A stretch of DNA of 61,816 nt, filler included, from Pirum gemmata (taxonomy: Eukaryota), in NCBI GenBank assembly GCA_002812295.1. It is 12 parts of 12 records of this genome, joined end to end, with 100 filler letters (N's around TTAATTAATTAA, not from the genome) between each part and the next. Parts side by side here need not be neighbours in the genome. Positions count along the whole stretch, not along the records: positions 51,806 to 56,745 come from PDIN01000772.1; positions 56,846 to 61,816 come from PDIN01000773.1; 10 more parts are not named here. One strand, 5' to 3'. The position numbers and the translations under genes are program-made. The notes beneath the pieces are model-generated. The model saw only the letters and a list, made by a program, of their open reading frames with translations, ran no database searches and was not told where the DNA came from. Shown here piece after piece: positions 52,014 to 61,816 of the stretch (position 1 is the stretch's first letter; each line of letters begins with the position of its first letter).

Positions 52014-53241
52014 ACTGTTGAAATAGACTATAGATAGACTATAGATATACTATGAACCAATGACATCACGAATGTCGTTATTAACAGAATGACGGAATAT
52101 CCGAACACACATAGTCTATCTATAGTCTATCTATAGGCTATTTCAACATGACACAGAACACGACCATGAAGAAAATTCACCAAACGAACACCGATGACGC
52201 TCACAGCGCAACCCAAACTGTACAGCAAACTACAATGAAGTTACGATGACCAACACTAACACTGTTGAAATAGACTGTAGATAACAATGACATGACGAAT
52301 GACGTTATTAACAGAATAACGGAATATCCAAGCACACACCAAAAAAAAAGTATCGATATTGTTGAAAACGATAATGTTGATATTGATAAGTGTTAGGGTG
52401 TTTTGTGGATAATAAAATAAATATAAGGAGTATTTTTTAAGTCTATTTGGATATTCTGTCATTCTGATGATTACGTCATTTATAATCACGGTGCCAAACA
52501 AATAATACAAGGCCGGGCCCCAATCAAAAATATACGGCACATTGACATAGCATATCACTATACACGAGAGCAATTCACTGCAAACAAGGCTCAAATATTC
52601 AAGACCGACGGTGAAACCCCCAGCAGACATATTTACGAAACCACTTCCAAAACATAAACATAACCAGTACATGCACCAAATCATGGACACCACGGCAGTC
52701 GAATGAAAATGCCAGGACACAATTCATGTTGAGGATAAACTATAGATAGACTATGAAACAATGACATCATAAATGACGTAATCATCATATGATAATATAC
52801 GATAACAAATAACTGAATCCTTAGTTGTATTTTTCATAATAAAATTTTCATTAAAACACTCATCACACATGATATCGTTTGCAACAACAACAACAATAAC
52901 AATAACAACAACAACAACAACAATAACAATAACAACAACAACGACAGCGACAACAACAACGACAACAACAAACAGCAACAAACAACAACCGTTGAAATAG
53001 ACCATGGAATCATAGATGACATAATCAATGTTGAAAATAGTCTATAGACAGAATGAAACAATGACATCGCGAATGACGTAGTCATCAGAATGACGGAATA
53101 TCCAAAGAAAGTAATAAATATATATGAAATCTATCGGATAACAAAAAACTGAAACTTGTTAGCTGTTTTTTCATAATGTTTTTTTTTTGTGAATATTTTA
53201 TTATGAAAAAACAACTAAAGTTTTATGTTATCCGATAGTTA

Positions 53242-53272
<31 letters not shown>

Positions 53273-53720
53273 TTTTGTGTATTTGGATATTCCGTCATTC
53301 TGATGACTACGTCATTCGTGATGTCATTGTTTTATAGTCTATAGACTATTATTTATGGGGTAATTTCACATTATCTGGTAAAACCCCCAATAGTTAGTCC
53401 CCCACAGCCAAATATTACAAACATTCCTTTCTTCTTACATCATTGGTCCTTCTCGTTATGCGCAATTTCAGAGAGGTTTTTTTTTTTTTTTTTTTTTTTA
53501 AAGTTATTACTATTCTATTGATATATTATATATATATATTTGCCGAAAAACCGATATATACGTGTTAATATTTATAATGTTTGGGTATTCATAAAAAAAT
53601 AAGTGAAAAATTTACAAATATTTTATTTTGAAAAAACAACTAAAGATTGTTATTTGTAATCGTATTCGATGGGTTGATTATTCCGTCACCATGTTGATTA
53701 CGTCATTTATGATTTCATAA
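52014..53720. repeat. Family D inverted-repeat elements (~50-bp arms); best pair 53056-53332
   Basis: AAACAATGACATCGCGAATGACGTAGTCATCAGAATGACGGAATATCCAAA and its reverse complement; other arms near 52056, 52283, 52446 (inv), 52756 and 53690 (inv). Confidence 0.85.
52484..52706 (+). pseudogene. Ty1/copia RNase H C-terminal fragment, frameshifted
   Basis: NHGAKQI...IRHIDIAYHYTREQ then PADIFTKPLP, matching copia DNQ.AI...KHIDIRYHF.RE...ADIFTKPL. Confidence 0.88.
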
Positions 53721-53769
53721 TTTATTTTTAACAAATTCATGTTATATAAAGTCTAATATACAATATCAC

Positions 53770-54400
53770 ATCTAAACAAGCGAAAAATACATACTACATA
53801 ACGGCAGTCATCGATTCACAAACGCGATACATACTCGTAACTCTCACATAATAACACAAACATTACCCCAAACCTAGTTTATTTCATATCACAACACAAC
53901 AAACGCATGCATACGATACACCAACCCCAACGCACAACCTTCCTAGACCTAGGAAACGAGCTGTATCAATAATGGATTAATGCAACAACAACTGAATTAA
54001 ATAGGAATCGAAATACACGACGTACCTAAAAACACTCAAATGGAATTAATCGAACGCACAAACCAAACGTTAAAAATCAAACGTTGATGGATTCAAACGT
54101 TGATGGATACCATTCGATACATCACGGAGCAATCACAATTACACCCGGACGAATGGCCACGAGCATTGACAAATTCAAGATTAATCCGTAACAATGCTGC
54201 AGCCACAAATCAAAAATATCATAAGCAATGAAGCTTGGGGGCTTACGATACCACCCCATACTACGCATCAGCCACTCACATGCAGAGGGGTGGAAAAATC
54301 AGAAGATCGAACTATCCCTATATTAAGCTCAAAATGCTTACATTCATAACTACTATTTAGCGAATATTGTATTCCAACATGTCACCCACAGCAATAACAG
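53770..54400 (+). pseudogene. LTR-retrotransposon (copia-like) integrase core, decayed
   Basis: YYITAVIDSQTRY (D1), FLDLGNELY (D2), IERTNQTL (E), then LMDTIRYITEQSQLHPDEWPRAL...IRN; stops and frameshifts in between. Confidence 0.8.
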
Positions 54401-55014
54401 AAACACGCCACATACAGCCTACATACAATGCACATTACGAAATTTCTTTATTCTAAATAAAGTTTACCAACACCAATTTTATGTTTTTACTTTTCGGTTG
54501 AGCTAATGATGATAACAGTAGTTCCAAACAAATAATTGAATACAATTTTTTAAACAACATCTAAAAAGTAATTATAAAAATGTTCAATGAATAGCTCATA
54601 CGCAAACATACACATTAATTTTTTTGTAATAAGTATCCAATTTTAAATCCGACAATATTTGATATATTCGGTATGTTCGACAGAAGGCATATATATAATC
54701 AGTGGATAGGCGTTAGAAAAGACAATCAAATTTAAAGCTAATCAACCAGCGCAAACAAATGAAATTTCCAATAATAAATATGAGTTTGTTTCACTTAAAC
54801 GCGAGAACTCGAAAAGTATCGAACATTTTCTTGTCACATTTCTGTTGGTATTTTTCTTTAAATCCGCTACGATACAATCTCAGTATGGCGGTAAAATAAA
54901 AAAAGCATTAAGGATAATCTAATAATAACTCATAAACCTCATATTCCATCAATTTAAAAGAAAATACCCAGAGTAAGCATGTTTAAATAAAAAAAATATT
55001 GACAAAAATTGTCA

Positions 55015-56579
55015 CTATGGGTCCTCATTTACAAGATTATTAATTAATTCCATAATTTTTTCAAAAATGATTTCATCCTATAAATAGAGAAAAAAGGAAA
55101 AAAAAAGTGGGGAAGAAGGGGTTAACAAAGTAATCCAGAAAAGAGTGAGCGAGTTTAAAGAACTCACTTTGTGTTGTGGGGTTTAATAATCAAGAGAAAA
55201 GTGAGCATAACTGACAGATTAGTAAATAGGAGGGAATGTAATTAATTACCTGGTACTTCCAATTGAATATATACTCATTTCCATCGGAAGAGAGATTGAT
55301 AACTACGGAGTTGACAGTAATTGAAGTAGTATCAAAATTTAAGCTTTTTGCATACGAAATTGGAAATTTCCTATAAGAAGTGTTTGAATATTGATAAATT
55401 AATTCAATCTCTTAATTTTAGTTAAATACACTTTTCAACGACCAATATCTTTTTTTTTAAAAGAAAAAAAGTCAATTTCAAGTTTCTTGTAATTTCTAGT
55501 GTAATTTCTATTAATTGAACAATTATACATAACATTTTTTCAAGGTTAAATGAACAGCTGACTTACTCTTTTAGCAACTCGTACAAAATAACTAATGGTG
55601 GTTGCATTACTTCTGTTTGCGCTTTGGCCTCGCCCTCCTGATTTTCTTCATTTTTCTGTTTAATTTGGTGATACTGCTGCACAAATAAGAAAGTGTTGCT
55701 CTTGGCTGTGAAGGACATGTCCTATTTAAATATTCAAGAAAATATCAATAAAGTTAAGAACGTTGAACAAGAATTTAAAATACAACAGTTTTACATGCGC
55801 TTACAATATCAAATGGTCAAAACGTAAATTTGTTTTTGTTGTTATTTCAAAACACCAAGTAATATAAAGTGTGGGGTGAAAGCCTAACATTGTAATTAGA
55901 CAGAACACACTTTTTGGGTGGTCGTTTAAGTTATGAGGGATCATAGGTTTTTTTTAAAAAAATTAAAATTAATTGTGAAGCCAGTTAAACTATATGGTGA
56001 TTTAATTGAGAGGTTAAGTTATGCGATATCTCGTGTTAGAAGAAGAATGTTAAACTTGAAAAAAAAAAAGGGAAAAAAAAAAAAATTGAAAATTAAAGTG
56101 AAAAATTAAAAATTAAAAAATTAAAAAGTGAAAATAAAAAATCTACATGTTTAGGAAGCCCGAGTTCTTTTATCGCAGAGTTTGTGTCAACCAGCTTCAT
56201 ACATTGTTCTTCTTTTTTTAGTAAAAGAACACCATCCATTTCAGATACCCATTTATTATTTTCCTTGTTGTCTAAGCTAGCATCATCCGGATCTACTCCT
56301 GTAAATTCCCCAATAACTTTTCTTCTTTTCCCAATATTTTCTATTTTGTTATCAAAAAGGTTTCAAATTGACAGTAAATAATAACACAATACATAAAAGC
56401 AAGTGAGGGGAAAACTACTATAAACTAAAAAAAAAACAAAAAAGCAAAAAAAATATAAACTATAAATAAATAGGTTCCAAAGATAACAAACCTCTAGATT
56501 CATTCATTTTCAGTAAACTTTTTTGAAATAACACAGAAGAAAGATCAATGGGAACCGGTGGAATTCTTTCGATCACAAC
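55015..56579 (-). CDS. INTS11: Integrator complex subunit 11 (CPSF3L), 3' exons: 56579-56492, 56340-56147, 55721-55567, 55370-55250, 55077-55015
   Basis: Spliced VPIDLS...DGVLLLK...KLV...AIKELGLPKHDMSFT...SITVNSVVI...NWKYQDE matches the INTS11 CTD (ALKELGLAEHQLRFT...SVTVESVLL...SWTYQDE); phases consistent. Confidence 0.85.
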
Positions 56580-57691
56580 CTTACAATTGAAAATGGTAAT
56601 AATGGTAGGAAATATAGAACTATGAAAATGAAAAAAACAAAATGTACATAGAAATGTATAAACGATGAACACCAGGTGTTATAGTATATAAATGGAATGT
56701 TGAAAAATATGCGCATGTAATAATAATAATAATAATAATAATAATNNNNNNNNNNNNNNNNNNNNNNNNNNNNNNNNNNNNNNNNNNNNTTAATTAATTA
56801 ANNNNNNNNNNNNNNNNNNNNNNNNNNNNNNNNNNNNNNNNNNNNTAATAATAATAATAATTATTATTATTATTAATACTATTATTATTATTATTATTTT
56901 TTTTCTAATTCAATTATCTTATCAGTATCATTATGTCATAATGTTAAAAAATAATTATAAATTTATAATATAAAATTTTTAAAATAATAATAATAATTAT
57001 TATCATAATGAGTTATTCTTTGACTCGAAATAGTTCTCGAAATCCAAAAAATTGTGCCTTGGATGAAATTAGTTATAATAATTTATAAAACTGTAGAAAT
57101 CATTTTTTTTTAAAAAAACTGAACTTAGACTTTTTTTCTTTAGAAAAATTATTAATAGCTAGCTAGTCTTGGTAGACTCTTGGTAGACTCTAGCTAGTAG
57201 CTAGTCTAGAAAAAAAAAATTATCATAGATAGTATTATAATTATATCGGGGGTGATAGCTGTTATTATGATATATATGGCAAAAAAAAGTCACCCAATGT
57301 TAGTTTTAATTGGTTCAAACATCCAGGTTCAGCCTTGGGCAATGGGCAAGTGAAGGCCAAGTGAACTTTTCTGTCACCGTTATGTGACCCCTGTGAGAGG
57401 CTGTGACTCTAGCTAGCTAGGGCTGTGACTTGTGAACAATGTGAAGCTTGTGAAGGAGAAATCTTAGGAGATCTTTTCGAAATCAAAAATCGCAACCTTG
57501 ATTATAAATTATTTCTTGATAATTTTTATAGTCTATATCGTCTATTTTATTACAGTCGTCTTCTCAATCTTTAATTTGGTACTGTTTAAGTGTATAATGG
57601 AGGTTGTTTATAAAATACATTAAGTATAAAATACCAAATTAATTAAAACATGTCTGATAGTTTAACGTCAATTTTAGTTTTTAAACTGGGC

Positions 57692-57757
<66 letters not shown>

Positions 57758-59039
57758 TAGTGGTAATACGGTGGTACTTCAAAAACCCAAAACCATTATC
57801 TGATACCCACTTACTACTCACCTACCTCTCATAAACGCACAGCCATACAACCCAGACCAGTGTTTATCACATTTGAAAGTTTTTCGATATACATCCTAAC
57901 CCTAACCCTAACCTTACTGTAGATTACTCTTGATTTTGCGGAGAATCACATAGTACAAGCAAAGCAAGATATTTTTACAATAATATTTTGGTTCAAGCAT
58001 ATTCACTGACTTTCTGGCTCGTTCCAAACAATACCTCGAATCCAAGTGGAAAAAATTAAGTATTTTCCATATTGATAGTAGTATATATAAAAACAAACTA
58101 ATTATTATTATTGAAAACATTATCCACTTTAAATCTTACACTTTAAAATTATTACTGTAAGGATTAAGCAGAAATTGTTTTTAAAAACTACAAATTTGCA
58201 ACTGAAGTATACGGCTAGTACGGGTGACTCCACTAATTATATCGAACCTCGCCTTGGCAGAGAAAAGTTCCGCTCGTTTTTTTTATTGGTTTTTTCCTAG
58301 TATCATAGGCTATTACTTTGATCCATTATTTTTTTATAAAGTTTAATTTTTTAATTATTGGAAATAGGCCACTAATCAATCTTCATTTGGCTCTACGTTT
58401 CTCTACCTTTACCGAGGTTCAATATAATATTAGTGTGTCGCCATCCATGCTAGTAGCTAGCCCCATATAGGCGAAAATAACCGAATTTTTGCTATATATA
58501 TATATATATATATATAAATATATTCTGATAATTTTATGATTGATGATGAAACTAAATTTTTCAATGATTTCCCTGATATATATATATATATATATATATA
58601 GATAGTAAGGTATAATTTTTGAAAATCTCATGATTAATTACAAAAATAAATTTACCAAAATAAAATATCATATAAACAAAATTACCAAATTGACAATGAC
58701 AATTTCTACTAAAATGTTAATTAGCGCCAAATTATAATTCCAGCATCGCAAAAAATACTGATTCTACACGTTGTTATTGTTTGTCCAAAAATAAAATACA
58801 GTGGAGGACACTGGAATAGGTAGGACTTTTTGGAAATTGTCCTAAAAAAATAGGACAAAGTAGGACTAAATAGCACTTATCCAAATTTCCAAAATTGTCA
58901 GTAGTTAGTAAATATAGATTAATCGTACCAAATGTAAGGACAAACTAGGACTTTTTCAGATTTGTCCCAAAAAAATGTGATAAAAAATAGGACTTTTCCG
59001 ATTTCAAAAAAAGTCTTATTCCAGTAACCAACAGTATCA

Positions 59040-61200
59040 TCAAAAATTCACTTCAACATTATTTTCACTAGGGCCATGTCGACAAACATCATATGCACAA
59101 AAAGTTACACGACTTGTAATTATATAGTACAAAAGTAGAAATATGAAAAGTTAGATTAAAAAATTGACGATAACTAAAAAACAACATTATGTATAAGTGA
59201 TGATGATCATGATGATGATGGTGGTATTTACGATACTAACACTTTAATGGTACTAACACGGACACGAACACTGTACGTACATTTTAAAACCCACATTAAA
59301 AATAATAACACTACATTAACTCTTAACTCTATAGCCATCACTGGCACTTGCTAGTACTAACATTATCACAACACCAACCATAATACTAACACTAATACTA
59401 ATTATAACTTTAACATTCATTGCCAAATTCTGAATGATCAGCAATAATAACCAATATTTTAACACTAGGACAACATCATAAAATGAGCTTCATTAACTTA
59501 CCACGTAGGGCAAGCTGCTTTTCCTGAAAGCCAACTATCCTGTTTAAAAATATATTTAAAAAAATATATTAAAATAATAATAATAACAAGGGTCAGTAAG
59601 GAAGGAAGGGGGAAAGGAAGATAGAAAGGGGAAGGAAGGGAGGGGAAGGGAAAGGGGGGTATTAACATGTGAGGGGTGGGGGTGGGGGAACAATAATAAA
59701 GTGACGTTATTTATGAACACTCCCTGGTGCTAATAAAAACAAGAACTTCATTAATATATTCGAATAAAAAACCTAGATACATAGTTCAAGCCTGAATAAA
59801 ATCAATAAAAAAAACCGAGAAACATATTCCCTGGCCCTAAATGAAATATCCCTAATCCTAAAAGAAAAATATACCTTTTGTTTTTGTTGCGATAAAAACC
59901 AAGCAGCTAGACAGTCGGTACCTAGAAGAGTTTATAGTTAATAAAAATAAAAAAGTAAAATATCCAACTTTAAGTTTACGAACATTAATTTCATTAACAT
60001 AACCTTATTAACATTAACCTTATTCCCTAAACCCAACCCCAACCCTACCCTAACCCCGACCCCAACCCCAATCCCAGCCTTAAGACCATCATTATCACTA
60101 GTGTGGATTTTAAAAAAGATTACCAAAAAAAGTAATTTTTTTTTTCCCCATTCCCACACTGTAAAATGTTGATACCACATCGCGAGTGTGGTAACTGAAT
60201 GTTGATGTTTTTTTTTTACCACACCCCCTTAACCCTAACCCTAACTCTAACCCTAACTCTAACCCTAACTCTAACCCTAACCCTAACCCTAACTCTAACT
60301 CTAACTCTAATCTTAACTTTAACATAAAAACATACACCACAAACGCCTCGTGCATTTGCATTGTGAACAATTTTGCAGACCTCCACTATTACTACTTTCA
60401 CTTTCTGAAATAAAGAAATAAAGAAATAAAAAGAAAGAAACATAAAAGTTGTATAAGTAAACCAATAAAAAATACAAAGTAAACAACAAAGAAACATAAA
60501 AGTTATATAAGTAAACCAATAAAAAATACAAAATAAACAACAAAAAATCTCGAAATGTATAACGTTTTTCTCACTTTATAAACATCATAAGAAAAAACTA
60601 CAATGACAATAAAACAACCAATCATAAAAATAACAAATCTTAAAAATAAAATATCATCAAGACACTAGCATAAAGGCCAAATCAGAAGAAAACACTACAA
60701 TTACTAAACAACAAAGCATAATAAAACAAAAAACTTTAAAATAACAAATCATAAAAATAAAATACCATCTTATACACAACAATAACACAACAATAAAACA
60801 ACAAATCATAAAATAAAATACACTTATACACAACAATTAAATAACAAATCAAAAAAATAAAACACCATCAGGATACCATTATGAAGACTACAATTACTCC
60901 TAAAAACAACAATAAAACAAAAATAAAATACATTTACAAACAACAATAAAATAACAAATCATAACAATAAAACACCAGCAGAACACAATTCTAAAGGCTG
61001 CATCACAAAAAAACTACAATTACTCCTATAAACAACAATAAAACAACAAAACAACAATAATAAAAATAAAATACCATCAGGGCATAATTTTTTAAGCATG
61101 GCATTTGGAGATTTATTCAAACATCCTACACATAAATCATCTTCATCTTCATCTTGTTCATTATCATTTTCGCTAACGCTATTTTGGATTATGCTATCAA
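59040..61200 (-). CDS. TMEM129: TMEM129-like E3 ubiquitin ligase, C4C4 RING 3' exons: 61200-61075, 60404-60336, 59921-59875, 59539-59502, 59112-59040
   Basis: Spliced LCVGCLNK...LKKLC...CSQCKC..LWCTDCLAAWF...DSWLSGKAACPTCRVTFCAYDVC follows TMEM129 CIGC...C..C.C..MWC..CM.KWF...WL....CPTCR..FC..DVC. Confidence 0.88.
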
Positions 61201-61213
61201 CTAGTTTGAATAA

Positions 61214-61545
61214 GGGTTAGGTTTAAGGTTAAATTAGATTAGGATTAAGGTTAGGGCCAAGGTTAAGGGTAAGGTTAAGAGTTAGGGTTGGGGTTAAGGT
61301 TAGGGTTGAGGTTAAGGGTAAGATTAAGGGTAAGAGTTAAGAGTTAGTTAGTCTTAGGCTTAGGCTTAAAGTTTAGGGTTAGGGTTAGGGTTAGGGTTAT
61401 AGGGTTAGGGTTAGGGTTAGGGTTATAGGGTTAGGGTTAGGGTTAGGGTTTTAGGGTTAGGGTTATTACTTATTAGGGTTAGGGGTAGGGTTAGGGTTAG
61501 GGGTAGGGTTAGGATGTTTTGGTTGTTGATAAAGGGTTAGTTAGA
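61214..61545 (+). repeat. Degenerate-to-perfect TTAGGG array inside a TMEM129 intron (also CCCTAA/CTCTAA at 60227-60310)
   Basis: Direct reading; lies on the intron side of the acceptor at 61201-61202. Confidence 0.9.
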
Positions 61546-61816
61546 AGACAAGGATAAAATGGAAAATCACAATACTAAAATAAAATGTAAAAGCCAATAT
61601 AATAACAGAATAAGACTAAACGACCAAAAGGAAAAATGACACAAGAAAAAATGAAAGGAAAAAAAGGAGAGCGGGGAAGAGGTGAATAGAAGAATTATTA
61701 TTATTGGGGGAGGAACAGAATAACAAGATATTATTATTATTATCATTATCATTGTCATTATCATTATTGTTGTTGTTGTTGTTGTTTAATTATTGATATT
61801 ATTATTATTATTATTA

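Noticed and set aside
52014..53720. CRISPR-like repeat-spacer array
   Set aside because: Repeats occur in both orientations with irregular spacing, the spacers are copia remnants and microsatellites, there are no cas genes, and the context is eukaryotic.
57914..58470. Minus-strand protein-like remnant
   Set aside because: Stops in all frames and no identifiable family.

Overview
Very AT-rich eukaryotic (protist-like) DNA with GT-AG introns and TTAGGG repeats. The window is not contiguous: about 12 pieces of ~5-6 kb are joined by artificial N44-TTAATTAATTAA-N44 linkers, so adjacency across a linker is meaningless. Host genes read from the sequence: two ZFAND4-like ubiquitin-domain genes, the last exon of a 5'-nucleotidase, a mucin-stalk type-I membrane protein with a Sib/integrin-beta-like tail, a multipass membrane exon, the 3' exons of ORC1, INTS11 and a TMEM129-like RING ligase (splice models built by hand), and two secreted proteins. 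The most unusual piece is 21354-26336: four intronless, same-strand ORFs (Cys/His-repeat orphan, tyrosine recombinase-like, Bro-N, TVpol-like polymerase/primase). I interpret it as a fragment of a Polinton-like virus/virophage-type element; no capsid or ATPase gene is visible. The rest holds MITE families, foldback inverted repeats, scrambled Ty1/copia remnants, interstitial telomeric repeats, decayed tandem copies of exon ends, and TAGC/CTAG-rich DNA. All homology calls come from motif recognition by eye; no searches were run.
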